From assembly GCA_030324005.1 (NCBI GenBank), contig JARDVH010000124.1, forward strand, positions 47,512,262 through 47,576,261: 64,000 bases of DNA. The letters are read 5' to 3'. Positions 1-11,540 of this stretch are shown piece after piece. Within the stretch, counting starts at the first letter, position 1; each line of letters begins with the position of its first letter. The notes below the pieces were generated by a model, which did no database searches, was not told the DNA's origin, and worked only from the letters and a program-made list of their open reading frames with translations. This DNA is from Negaprion brevirostris (taxonomy: Eukaryota). The position numbers and the translations under genes were made by a program.

Positions 1-9
1 TTCTATGTT

Positions 10-253
10 CTAAAGGGGGAAGAGCTGGTAAGGATGGACGTGCAGCCCATTAAGTCAATTTAAATCCATGGACATGCATTTAAATGATGTCGCACCTGTT
101 TCAGGTATGGTCCCAATGGTGGCCATTTTCAGCCCTTGGTAAAAGGGGAACGGGCGCGGAGGTGGGCGTGGATTGTGTTGCTTGCCTCACGCCCGACTTT
201 ACCACTATTTTCTCACCCAAAAACAGGCCTAACTTGATGGGAAAAATGGGCCC
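10..253. mobile_element. Terminal part of a non-autonomous PIF/Harbinger-like DNA element
   Basis: Ends in GGGAAAAATGGGCCC, resembling the GGGC..ATTTTCC-type termini of other MITEs in this window. Confidence 0.4.
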
Positions 254-255
254 TA

Positions 256-725
256 TGTAATAAGTGAACTTTCATATAAAGGATTCCCCTTCATAATTGC
301 AGCTCAGCTAGTGTAAAGACTCATGCAGATGCGTACTCTGGTAAAAAGATGTTCTTTATTTTCCAAGCTTGGTCAACAAATGAGGGAGAGTGATTTGCGG
401 CAGTTTCAAATCTACACTGAAACTGCATTACTCGTGCTACAATTATACAGTTTTTGAAAGCTACTTGCCCACCCCAGTTGGGTATGAATCAATCATTATA
501 AGTATAGATTACATACTTGAACCAATAACATTTTCTCCTGAACAGTTTGGGACTACATGATGAGCTGGTGAACCTTAAGGGTCTTTACTCATAGTCTCCT
601 GATGCCTGCCAGAGCCCCCTTATCCAGTGTCCTTGATACAATGTGTATCCCATTCGTTAGGACTGTCTGAAGACCCTGATAAGAGTTACTTTTCCCCTTT
701 GCTCAACAGCTGCATTATTATAACA
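256..725 (-). mobile_element. Possible solo LTR
   Basis: TGTAA...TAACA ends and a minus-strand AATAAA (tttatt ~355); no TSD identifiable. Confidence 0.3.
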
Positions 726-1118
726 AATGTGGTTCGCATGCTTTTAATACGGAATATATTTTCAAAATTACATATCTGAATTCTCTTATGGTGGCTGTAT
801 ATGGCACTATGCAAACAGTATATTTCAGACACTTTGTAACTTTTCTGTATCCTGTTCACTCCAATCTTATCTACCCTGATCTGCTGCTCTTTAGTCCCAA
901 GCCATTCTGAATCCCCCCTTACACCACTGAACTAAGGAGTCAAGTTGCTAGAAACCCAGTCTGAACAGTTGCAACATTTTCTACAATAAATAGAGGGTTT
1001 GTGTTTGTACATTATTTTATATAAACGCTTTCAGCAAAAATGCATAGAAGGCTGGCTGTGAATCACGAATTCTGTGGAAGCATGTCCTTTCCAAAGAACT
1101 AACTGAAATTATACTGAA

Positions 1119-1464
1119 AGGGCAGCACAGTGGCACAATAGGGTGGCATGGTGGCACTGTTAGCATTGCTGCCTCACAGTGCCAAGGACTCAGGTTCAAT
1201 TCTGGCCTCTGGTCACTGTCTGTGTGGAGTTTGCATATTCTCCCCCTGTATGCATAGGTTTCCTCAGGTGCTCCAGCTTCCTCCCACAGTCAAGGTGTGT
1301 GGGTTAGACTGATTGGCCATGCTACATTGCCCCTCAGTGTCAGGGGGATTAGTAGGGTAAATGTGTAGGGTTATGGGCATAGGGCCTGGCTGGGATTGTT
1401 ATCAGTGCAGGCTCAATGGGCCAAATAGTCTCTTTCTGCACTGTAGGAATTTTATGATTCTATG
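1119..1464 (+). mobile_element. HE1-type V-SINE with a duplicated 5' head
   Basis: tRNA-like A box (TGGCACA/TGGCAT), B box GGTTCAATTC, central TGTGTGGAGTTTGCATATTCTCCCC domain, CR1-like tail GATTCTATG. Confidence 0.93.
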
Positions 1465-1533
1465 GTACCTCATATATATTACATTGAGAAAGCATGCAAA
1501 ATTGAATTCAGATGACAGGACAAATGAAAAGGG

Positions 1534-1870
1534 AAAAGAAAGCTCCAAATGTTGGAAATCTAAGACAAAAACAGGAAAATACTGGAAACATACAGCAAGT
1601 CGCTCAGTATCTGTAACAAGAAAATAAATATTAATGCTTGTCTTTTAATGCAATTGGCAACTTATTCCACCAGTTAAATTTATTTCTTTCCCAGAGTATC
1701 TCTTGTCTCTTTTTCTCCTTTGCCCCTTTTATTTTCTCATTCATTCTATAAAAGTGCTTACTTTATCTTTCAGCTTATCTGATATGAGAATGCTGCTCAC
1801 CTGAAACGAGAACTTGTTCTTTCTCTTGACAGATGTGGAGCATCCTGGCATGTATTTCCAGCAGTTTTTG
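1534..1870. mobile_element. Penelope-derived palindromic non-autonomous element (old)
   Basis: Arm 1534-1625 is roughly the reverse complement of 1800-1870; CTGATATGA...GAAAC relic at 1779-1807. Confidence 0.55.
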
Positions 1871-2527
1871 ATAACAAAACTGCATCACATTTCAGACCTC
1901 ATTATTAAATAACAATTTTGCACTCAAACACTAATATCTTCTGTTAGTATTACTCAAACCCCAGCAGGGGAATTAAATTCTTAGCGTTACATTTTAAGTC
2001 ACAATTACTCACATTCTATTGGTTCTGATATGAAAAGGAGCAAAACAGGCTAGCAGAATGCATAATCGTTTGATGTTTGGTTTTATAAATTGGCTGACAT
2101 AATTAGCTAATTTAGATCATTTTCAAAGGTTCTTGGTTAACTCTGACAGGTAGCTGTTGATAGTTGAAAAGTGTTGCTTGGCTACTCCATTTATCTTCTG
2201 TTCATATGAAGTTTGAAAGACCTTTGGAGATATCTGACAAAACAAATTTTCCCTTCGTTGGCTTAGCAAGATCCAAGACTCATCACATCTTAATCTAGTT
2301 CATCTATGACCCAAACCTTCTCTCAAGATTCAATAATTAAGTAGAAATATGAAAATCTATTAAGACTGGATGACACTTGTAAAATAACAATAAGTTAGGT
2401 TATACTTTTATTTTGTATTTAATGGTATACGCCTTGTTATGGGCCTTTGGGTTGCTACATTTAACAAGGCAGTAACAACATTGATATTGGCAAGCCTCTC
2501 AATTCATTTTCAGACCTTAAAAATAAT

Positions 2528-2757
2528 GAATCTGCATTTATAAAAGCCCCTTTCATGACCTCAGGACATCCCAAAGCACTTTACAGCCAATTAGGTCCCC
2601 TTGAAGCGTAGCCAATGTCATAATGTAGAAAATGTATGAATTTATTTCACAAACAGCAATAGGATAATCACAGATAACCTGCTTCAGTGATGTTGGCTGG
2701 TGGATAATTATTGTGCAGGTGAGAGTTCACCAGCTCTGTTCCAAAAATATAGGCATG
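2528..2757 (-). mobile_element. Deu-domain SINE (SacSINE1/AmnSINE-like), 3' portion
   Basis: TGCATTTATA..CCTTTCATGACCTCAGGACATCCCAAAGCACTTTACAGCCAA...CACAAACAGCAAT matches the reverse complement of the DeuSINE 3' half as I recall it. Confidence 0.75.
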
Positions 2758-2829
2758 ATGGGGCAGCACGGTAGCACTGGAGTTAGACGTTTTATAATGG
2801 TCATACAAATGTTGCAAAATTATTTTAAA

Positions 2830-3535
2830 GATTGTCTATATGGAACAAGTTACACTCTGAGATGCTTCAGTATACCTGAAATACATGTCCCCTGCTCTTA
2901 TTCAAAGCAGTGCCATAGGATCTAGCGAAAAGGCTGGGATGCAAATGTGTAAGATAGTCTTACTGCATTCTTTGGAAAGGCTCATCATGTACTGGCCCTC
3001 ACCTACAGCCAGCTCTTGCACCAGAAATATGGTGGCCTCTCCCCTCAGGTATGCCAGGGTGCGCAAAACCTTTGGAAGCACCTCAGACTGTGGGTCCAGC
3101 AGCTTTGGATTTCAGAGGTCTGTCATCAACTTGAGGCTCAGCCCTGCTCTGATCTCCACAATCCTCTGCTTAGGTGCGTGTGTGGTGTACTCACCAGAAT
3201 GTGATCCCAGGTCTACTTGTGAACATAATCCAGCCATAGTCAGATTATCTGCAGTAGCGGAGGGTGCATTCACGGGGACAATGCATCAGTGCATCCTCCG
3301 AGGCTCCCTCTTCAGATGCATCTGGCTATCCCCCTGTCTTAGGAGCTTCTGCACTCATCTATGAACTGCTTGAGATTAGTGGATATGTGCATTCCATCAC
3401 TTCTTTCATACTAGGCTTAGTGTGGATCTCCGTGTGGCCTGTGATGGATACATTAACACTCCACCTCACAGGTGCCAGAGGTTCTCTTGTGCTCATTCAT
3501 GTAGCTATTCAAATCAGTAACGCATGTCTTTATTC
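2830..3535 (-). mobile_element. Harbinger accessory (Myb/SANT-type) gene fossil
   Basis: Reverse complement of 3170-3330 aligns by eye with 56320-56430, which lies next to a Harbinger transposase C-terminus. Confidence 0.45.
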
Positions 3536-3539
3536 CTAT

Positions 3540-4004
3540 AGGGTGGCACAGTGGCACAGTAATTAGCACTGCTACCTCACAGCGCCAGGGACCTGGGTTC
3601 AATTCCCAGCTTGGGTCACTGTCTGTGTGGAATTTGCATGTTCTCTCCACGTCTGCGTGGGTTTCCTCAGGTGCCCTGGTTTTCTCCCACAGTCCAAAGG
3701 TGTGCGGGTTAGATGNNNNNNNNNNNNNNNNNNNNNNNNNNNNNNNNNNNNNNNNNNNNNNNNNNNNNNNNNNNNNNNNNNNNNNNNNNNNNNNNNNNNN
3801 NNNNNNNNNNNNNNNGGTGCCCTGGTTTTCTCCCACAGTCCAAAGGTGTGCGGGTTAGATGGATTGGCCATGCTAAATTGCCCCTTAGTGTCAGGGACAC
3901 TAATTAGGGTAAATGCATGTGGTTATGGGGATAGGGCTTGGGTGGAATTGTGGTCGGTGCAGACTCGATGGGCTGAAAGGCCTCCTTCGCACTGTAGAAT
4001 GCTA
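3540..4004 (+). mobile_element. HE1-type V-SINE (contains a 100-N gap)
   Basis: GGGTGGCACAGTGGCACAGT head, B box GGGTTCAATTCC, central domain, tail GGCCTCCTTCGCACTGTAG. Confidence 0.93.
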
Positions 4005-4017
4005 CCATTGATGCCTT

Positions 4018-4285
4018 AAAGTGCCAGGAACATGGGTTCGCTTCTGGCCTTGGGTTTCTATCTGTGTGGAGTTTGCATATTCTCCCCATGTCTGCGTGCA
4101 CTTTCTCCAGGTACTCCAGTTTCTCCCACATTCCAAAGATGTACAAGTCCGATTGATTAGCCATGCTAAATTGACCATTAGTGTCAGGAGAATTAGCAGG
4201 GTAAATACATGGGGTTACAGGGATAGGGTGTGGGTGGGACTGTGGTCAGTGCAGACGAGATGCTCCAAATGGCCTCCTCCTGTAC
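4018..4285 (+). mobile_element. HE1-type V-SINE, 5'-truncated
   Basis: Starts at GTGCCAGG, has the central domain and the ATTCTATGATT tail. Confidence 0.9.
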
Positions 4286-4703
4286 TGTAGGCATTCTATG
4301 ATTTTATCTGATCATCATCGATGGAATAGATGTTCTTCAAGTTCAAGTGTCTCCTCGTCCGTGAGCTGAGAATTGCAAGGGAGGGAACAGCACAGTCAGT
4401 CTTTGATATCTTCTACAACCACTCTTAGATATGACATTAGCACTCCGAGTGGCAATATTCCATTTCCACCAGTGCTATCTTACAGTATGCCGCCTTCACC
4501 TATAGGGACAGTATATTAGCCAGCCACCGTGGAATACCCCTCTATGATGCCTACCCAAGTGGCAGTGACTCCCGCCTCTGATCCTGACAAGGGCACCTTG
4601 GGCATTGCCACAAAATCCAACCCTCTGTTTATATGGTGGGAGTGCTGCCATCTCTAGACGTAAAATTGTTATTTCTCAGTCATGCAACAGGGGATGCAGT
4701 GAA

Positions 4704-5070
4704 ATAACTTGCATTCGTTGCATGGTCTTTCACAAATTTAACATAAAATTAGTCAATTTTCACAGTAAATAGAGAAAACAAGCAGAAAATTAAATAAATG
4801 AGCAAGTAATATGCCTTGAGGTTTTGGGCAGAATGCTGAGAAAGCCTCCATACTCCTAATCTAACAATGTTGTGTGATCTTCAATGTCCATCTGAAAGGT
4901 AGACAGATTTTGGCTTAACTTTTCGTTCATAACTTTGCCCTTCCTTTGATGCAGTATTCCCTTAGTACTCTGCTGAAATGTCAGCATAAATTGTGTGTTT
5001 TAAGTTCAGGGGAAGGGTTTGAACCCAAAACATTTCCGAATCAAAGGCAAGTGTGATACCATTGAGCCGA
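4704..5070 (-). mobile_element. Deu-domain SINE, old
   Basis: GCAGTATTCCCTTAGTACT...TTTGAACCCA...ACCATTGAGCC is the reverse complement of a tRNA head plus Deu domain. Confidence 0.65.
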
Positions 5071-5416
5071 GGTGATGGTAAACACAGATCATTGAGTGTG
5101 AAGCCAATTTATTTGAGAGGGTCATTGTTCAAATAAGATAATTTGTACTCATATAAGAATGCTTTAACTTTATTTGTTTAATCAAACTTTTCCAAGACTT
5201 TTTCCACTTAGGTTTATATTTGTCTCTATTCAGAGACCATACATTCCACAGTAAGAGAAAAGCTGCAATTATGGGGCGATAATCAAACATTGTAGCATAG
5301 CGTTGGAAGCTGAATAGATTATAACACCTAACATGTGACATCTATGCTTTTCTATTGAGTGCATGTGCAGCTCAAAGTTGCCGAATAGTGGAAGCATGGG
5401 ACGTATTTCTTCTATT

Positions 5417-5720
5417 CGCATGGTGGCACAATAGTTAGCACGACTGCCTCACGGTGCCAGGGAGCCGAGTTTGATTCCCGGCTTGTTCGCTGTCTGTGCA
5501 GGATCTGCACACATTCTCTGTGTCTGCATGGGTTTCCTCTGGGTGCTCTGGCTTCCTCCCATATTTCAAAAAAGAGTTNNNNNNNNNNNNNNNNNNNNNN
5601 NNNNNNNNNNNNNNNNNNNNNNNNNAATGTGCGGACTAGGGGATTTTCACGGTAACTTCATTGCAGTGTTAATGTAAGCCTACTCGTGACACTAACAAAA
5701 TAAACCAAACTAACTAAACT
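5417..5720 (+). mobile_element. V-SINE with alternative (non-CR1) tail
   Basis: HE1-like head and body, then GGATTTTCACGGTAACTTCATTGCAGTGTTAATGTAAGCCTACTCGTGACACTAA. Confidence 0.88.
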
Positions 5721-6579
5721 TCGGTTAGTCAGACAAACATCGCATTGGCAGGTTGAAGCCCATAGTCATGAGCCGACAGAGCTGAAAGGCACCACCTTGC
5801 ACCTGGGAGCTAGGTTGCTTCAGTTTGTGATTTAATATTGCACTGTAGGACAAATATATGAAATCTAATCATATTATTACTCACCGTATTAAAGCCTGTT
5901 TTGAGGAAAACATCTGCACATGATTTATAAATGGTATCATTGTCGGCTGACTAACAAGCCTTCCTTGCCATGGTAACCACGAAGAAATTCACTAACATTA
6001 GCACCTCCTGGTGAGCATCTGTCAAAGATGTCAAAATAACAAGCGTTGATAGCTCGGCAAAAGTTCTGGCCTCTCAGCCTGGAAGGAATATTTTGGTTAT
6101 GACCACATTACAAGCAGGAGCCTTTTCCAACAGTAAAATAAATAAGAGTGACAAGTGCGCTGAACATGTTCTGCAATTCACGCATAGATGTAAAATCATT
6201 TGATTCATGTAACCCTTTGAGCAAACAGAAAATATTAACCAAAGGGAGGCAGTTAAAAAAAAATGGAAAGCTGTGATTGTTCCCTGACAAAGACAGCTAA
6301 TTATAAAACTGAAAAGACAAATGGATGCAGGGAGCAATCGCAGCCAGAGGCTGGAAACTCAATTAAGATCCAAAAAAGAATAAAGAAAACACAATCTTAG
6401 CTGTGTCAGTGGATTATCTCCAAACTGAAGGTGTGTGGAAGTCAAGGAAATTAGGAGCATGGAAGACAGAGCAAAGAGAGCAGGAGGGTTTAATTAGCAA
6501 GTGAGCACAAACAGAGGAATATTTGGGCATTGAGCTGCATCCTAAGACTGGAAGAACAGTGTAGTGCACAAACAAATAG

Positions 6580-6635
6580 ACACACACACCTACACATTGA
6601 CACACACACACATACTGACACATACACACACACAC
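6580..6635. repeat. Imperfect (CA)n microsatellite
   Basis: ACACACACACCTACACATTGACACACACACACATACTGACACATACACACACAC. Confidence 0.85.
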
Positions 6636-6689
6636 CAGTCAATTAAACATACGTGAATCCAAGGACTGGATGAAGTAGAAGAAAAACAT

Positions 6690-8030
6690 GATTCTCTCCA
6701 TGGTCCAGAACAGATGGGAGATCGGATATACCCCATGGGACTCCCTCAGAAGTCCCAATGCAGTTACTCAATGGGAATTTCTAGGATGTTTTAACTCTCG
6801 ATGAGTAATTCCATGTTCCCCGGGACCCTCCGAAAAGACACCGAGCTAAAATCGGAGACTTCAGACAGTTCTGACTTACTTACCTGGTTNNNNNNNNNNN
6901 NNNNNNNNNNNNNNNNNNNNNNNNNNNNNNNNNNNNNNNNNNNNNNNNNNNNNNNNNNNNNNNNNNNNNNNNNNNNNNNNNNNNNNNNNNNNNNNNNNNN
7001 NNNNNNNNNNNNNNNNNNNNNNNNNNNNNNNNACTATCTTATCATCTCCCATCTGATACCCCAACTCAATGAGACTAGCCCCCACTACCCAGTTACCCTC
7101 CCACCTCCCCGGCCTTCCGACTCCCCGCCAGCATGACCTAAATTGTCCCCACATTGACCACCTTAAACTCTCCAACTATTCCACTGATCTCCCAATTCCC
7201 CTTGACCAGAGTGGATTAACCCCCAACCTCTGACTACACCCGAATTTCTGGCCTTTGATTCCCCTGACTAGTCCCTGAACAGACCTGATTAACCCCAACA
7301 ATGGACTAACCTCTGAACCTCTAACTCCCCACTGACTTTACCTGAACTAACTTCGTCACCCTATCCACCTACCCCCAATCCACCTTACCCTCTCACCTGG
7401 CTCACTCTATCCTCTTACGCACTACACCCCCTTACGCAATCTACCTTTACCCACTTACCAGACTCACCCTATCCACCCACGCAGGTAACCCACCTTAACC
7501 CATTACTTACCTTATCTTCTTACCCATGCTGCCCCCTTACAAGGAGTCAAGAGGAATGGAGAGAGAGGAGAGTGAGATACTGGAAGTGCACGGTGCTGCA
7601 GGCTCAAAGGACCGAATGACCTACACCTGCACCTATATTCTATGTTTCTATGTTTCTTACCAACCTTGTCCCCTTGTCCACCTCACCCTTTTACCCAACA
7701 TACCCCCAACTTTACCCAACCGACACCCTAAACCATTCACTAACCCACCCTACCCCTTGCTTACCTTGCACCCTTGCCTACTTATCGAACCCACCCTACA
7801 ACTTCACCCACCCTTCCCCTTACCACCCTACCCCCTTACCCACTGTCCTCCTCTCCATTGCTTTTCAAAGAAACCTTTGGATATTTAAACTCTTATTTAG
7901 CAGAGTATTGCAGCTACCACCATAAAAAGATCTCTGCATAGAATTTCTGTGACATTCCCTCTGAGGATTCCTGCACATGCTGGAGTCATTTCTGTAGGAT
8001 CCTCCACTGGAAGACTGCCCTGAAAAATTA
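6690..8030. mobile_element. Non-autonomous DNA-element-like block with a C-rich TTACCC/TAACCC low-complexity interior and a nested CR1 tail at ~7540-7655
   Basis: End GGAAGACTGCCC resembles the MITE termini; many TTACCC-like words; CR1 tail TATTCTATGTTTCTATGTTTCT. Confidence 0.45.
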
Positions 8031-8129
8031 GAGATAGGTAGCAATGTATTTTTTGTCTGATAACATTTGGAAACAAGGGTTCTGATCATAAACAAAACAT
8101 CCAGGCCCATAACTGTTAATCAGACATAG

Positions 8130-8572
8130 TCATAATCTTTCCTCCTGGGATGAGGCATATTGCCATTGCTTGGTAGAGGCTGTTCATCAGTTTAAAAAAG
8201 AGAGATGGTTGTGTCTCTGGAGACAGAACCCCCTGACGCCTCCACAGGGTGAATTATGCCAACACTGACCAGTTCTGGGGAAGGTGGAACCTCTACAGAC
8301 CTTACACACTGCACCTCAGTCGAACTGGGACCAATGTCCTCACAAGAAAGTTCGCAAGCGCATTGAGAGAGAATTTTTAAACCAAGTTGGCAAGGGGAAT
8401 GGGCATGAGGATGTAGCATTAGAAAAGAGAAACAAGGTGCGCAGAAGATTTGGAGAGACTGATAGCAAGAGAGTAAGAAATGGTATAGTATTAGATGCGT
8501 TCAGATTAAGTTAGAATACAGATAGGTTTGCGATGCATGTCGTAAAAGATAATGTTGCCATAATCCATGATG
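8130..8572 (+). mobile_element. CR1 LINE ORF1 C-terminus and ORF2 start (decayed)
   Basis: Translates with frameshifts to DQFWGRWNLY..LHLSRTGTNVL.RKFASA, the SGNH-esterase-like end of CR1 ORF1. Confidence 0.7.
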
Positions 8573-8574
8573 AC

Positions 8575-8738
8575 CATAGGCCGTGACTGGTGGTGATTTA
8601 ACGTGAGAATCATCACATATCAGGCAAGGGGCAAGGTTGAGAACGTGGGACCTTCACAAAGAACCTCAGCCAGTATGGGAATTGAACTCAAGTTACTGGT
8701 GTCATTCCACATCATTAACCAACTGTTCAGCCAGTTGA
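8575..8738 (-). mobile_element. tRNA-derived SINE split by a Rex/Babar insertion; its 5' remainder is at ~11544-11562
   Basis: GGGAATTGAACTC (minus-strand B box), then CAGCCAGTTGA; continues as AGTTGAGCTAAACC at ~11544. Confidence 0.65.
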
Positions 8739-8920
8739 TTTTTGATTTGATTTATTATCGTCACATGTATTAATATACAGTGAAAAGTATTGTTTCTTGC
8801 ATGTTATACAAAACGTACTGTTCATAGAGAAGGAGCGGAGAGAGTGCAGAATGTCATGTTGCACACATAGCTAGGGCGTAGAGAAAGATCAACTTAATGC
8901 AAAGTAGATCCATTCAAAAG
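8738..8920 (-). mobile_element. Rex1/Babar LINE 3' end
   Basis: TTGATTTGATTTATTATCGTCACATGTATT tail; homologous to 34866-35060 and 43900-44090. Confidence 0.85.
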
Positions 8921-9594
8921 TACTACTCAGCAAAGATGCCAAGTTTTGTTACATCACACGCTGTAGTATTTCTGGCACGGACTATTACCTCTTCTGTACA
9001 CTAGCTTAAGCTCATGGGTTAATGCATCCCCATTGAATTTCTGTTTGAGCTATGTTATACATCGTCACAATCTATTTTAAATTGGCTATTGGGTGCATTA
9101 AAATAATGCAAACATAAATCTGAGTCTATTAATCATGAACTAAAAATAGGTCACAGGGAAAAAATGGGGATACAATGGATAGAAATTTTTAATAGTGCTA
9201 ATTTAATTGTGAAACCTTATCATCAGTCATTTCCAATTTCTTTTCTAATCTATTTGAGGTACGCCAACTGAACAAATAATTTTCTTTTTCACGGAATTAA
9301 TTTTCATAGTGCATAATGATGCATTTGGCGACAATTTTTTTCCATCTGCCTGCTNNNNNNNNNNATATTAGATATGACATTTATGAATTTCCCATGAGCA
9401 AAAACATCCTTTCACTACAGATTAAATGCAAAATTAGATTACGAAACCACATTAAGTTAAATTTGCCCTGATTTGCTGGCTTGTGCTGTGGTGTGCAGCA
9501 GTAAATAATCCCTTCTCATGTCACCAATCAACTATTATTTGTTTGTGGCTGTTGAAGAAACAATATTATCAAAGCTTCTCCAGTGGAGGGATGG

Positions 9595-9760
9595 TGGCAG
9601 CCATGGCTCAGTGGGTAACACTCTCTTCTGTGATTCGGGACGTTCTGAGTTCATGACTGTTCCAGGGACTGACAAAATCTTAGCTGAGATTACCAATGAG
9701 GGATTGAAACCCCAAAACTACTCCCCCTCAGATGAATGCCAAATATGAGACAGTCCCATT
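9595..9760 (+). mobile_element. Deu-domain SINE 5' head, old
   Basis: GGCAGCCATGGCTCAGTGGGTAACACTCTC...GAGTTCA tRNA-like head; complementary to 4960-5070. Confidence 0.5.
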
Positions 9761-9994
9761 TCAAAGAATGGCAACGGACAACATGGCAGTGAATTTGACA
9801 ACAAAAATCATAGCCAGAATTCCCACCACTGCCACCAGTGAGGACAGAGAATTTGGCACTCAGCCAAATCTCCTCCATTCACTGCCATGGGACAAGTGAA
9901 CAGTCGGAGCATCCCATTCCATATGTCTCAATGTAGATTATCTAAAGGATCACCTGGTTACTATCTTGTCGCTTGAAGTGAGTAAATTTAATGG

Positions 9995-10282
9995 AATCAT
10001 AGAAGAACCAAAGAAGTCCTACAGCCCAGAAGAGGCAATTTGACCCATTGAGTCTGCACTGACTCTCTGACAGAGTATCATAGCCAGGCCCTTTTCCCAC
10101 CCATAATCCCACACATTTACCATGGCTAATCCCTCTAACCTACATATCTTCAGACACTAAGAGGCAATTTGGCATGGTCAATTCCTTTAATCTACATATT
10201 TTTGGACACTAAGAGGCAATTTAGCATGGCCAATCCACCTAACCTTCACATCTTTGGACACTAAGAGGCAATTTAGCAGGCC
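9995..10282 (-). mobile_element. HE1 SINE 3' part with a 52-bp unit in three tandem copies
   Basis: AATCATAGAA tail; CATGG(C/T)..AAT...GACACTAAGAGGCAATTT(A/G)G repeated at 10121, 10173 and 10225. Confidence 0.88.
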
Positions 10283-10382
10283 NNNNNNNNNNNNNNNNNN
10301 NNNNNNNNNNNNNNNNNNNNNNNNNNNNNNNNNNNNNNNNNNNNNNNNNNNNNNNNNNNNNNNNNNNNNNNNNNNNNNNNNN

Positions 10383-11325
10383 ACACATAGTATGACATGA
10401 ACCCGAGATCCCAGTTGAGATTGTCCTCATGTGTGCAGAACTTGCCTATCAGTTTTTGCTTGGTGATTCTGTGTTGTTGAGTGCCTTGAAGGCTGCCTTG
10501 GAGAACGCTTACCCGAAGATTGGAGGCTGAATGCCCTTGACTGCTCAAGCATTTCCCAACAGGATTCTGCCTGGTGATTATCGAGTGGCGTCCATTCATT
10601 TATCGTAGCGTCTGCATGGTCTTGCCAATGTACCATTCTCGGGACATCCTTTCCTACAATATATCAGGTAGACTATGTTGGCTGAGATGCATGAGGACGT
10701 ACTGTGCACCTGGCGGATGCTGTTCTCACATGTGATGATGGCATCCGTGTCGATGATCCGGCACTTTTTGCAGAGGTTGCTGTGGCAGGGCTATGTGGTG
10801 TCATGGTTGCTGTTCTCCTGAAGGCTGGATAGTTCACTGCAAACAATGGTCTGAGGTTGCATGGTTTGAAGGCAAGTAGTAGGGGTGTGAGGATGGCCTT
10901 GGCGAAATGTTCATCTTCAATAATGACATATTGAAGGCTCTAAAGAAGGTAGTGTAGCTTCTTCGCTTTGGGGAAGTACAAGACGATGAAGGGTACTCTG
11001 TCGGCCATGCCCAGTGTTTGCCGCCTGAGGAGGCCGGTGTGGTTTTTCACTGTGGTGCATCGGAACGGTCGATTGATGAGTAGAGTGCCATACCCTATTT
11101 GTATGAGGGCGTTTTTCAGCATATGTGTCTGTTGCATTCTCCCCATCTGAGCAGATCCTGTGTGTGCAGAGAGCTTGTCCGTGGGGACGGCTTTGTTAAT
11201 GTGTTTAGGGTGGAAGTGGAAAAGTGGATCATCATGAGGTTATCCATGGGCTTGCAGTACAGTGATGTGCTGAAGTGACCATCCTTGATAGGGGTGCGTG
11301 TGTCCAAGAGTAGTGTAGACAAAGT
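10383..11325 (-). mobile_element. Penelope-like retroelement: RT C-terminus plus GIY-YIG endonuclease (pseudogenised)
   Basis: IKDGHFSTSLYCKPMD; CHSNLCKKCRII (Zn-linker); SCISANIVYLIYC..WYIGKT..LR.MNGRH; EDNLNWDLGFMSYY. Confidence 0.9.
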
Positions 11326-11327
11326 AA

Positions 11328-11540
11328 TTGGATGAGAGACTGGTTTGCGTGATGGATTGGGCTTCATTCATGACCCTTCATAGTTTCTTGAGCAAGAGCC
11401 ATACCAAGTCGTGATACCACCAGAAAGAATGCTTTCGATGGTGCATCTGTAGAAGTTGGTAAGAGTCATAGCAGACATGCCAAATTTCTTTAGTCTCCTG
11501 AGAAAGTAGAGGTGTTGGTGGGCTTTCTTAATTACCTTCA
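11328..11540 (-). mobile_element. Rex1/Babar LINE, upstream part of the copy whose tail is at 8738-8920
   Basis: AGAAAGAATGCTTTCGATGGTGCATCTGTAGAAGTTGGTAAGAGTC; homologous to 35290-35390 and 43570-43720. Confidence 0.85.

Noticed and set aside
1119-1210. tRNA-like A/B boxes (many sites)
   Set aside because: All are SINE heads continuing into SINE bodies; none forms a complete tRNA gene.
2885-3364. 159-aa ORF on the + strand
   Set aside because: No recognisable domain; it is antisense to a Harbinger accessory-gene remnant.
3671-3861. Exact direct repeats flanking N-runs (also ~13629-13888, 18776-18935, 19979-20142, 56547-56695)
   Set aside because: Each flanks a gap of exactly 100 N. This is best explained as an unresolved contig overlap in a linked/short-read assembly, not biology.
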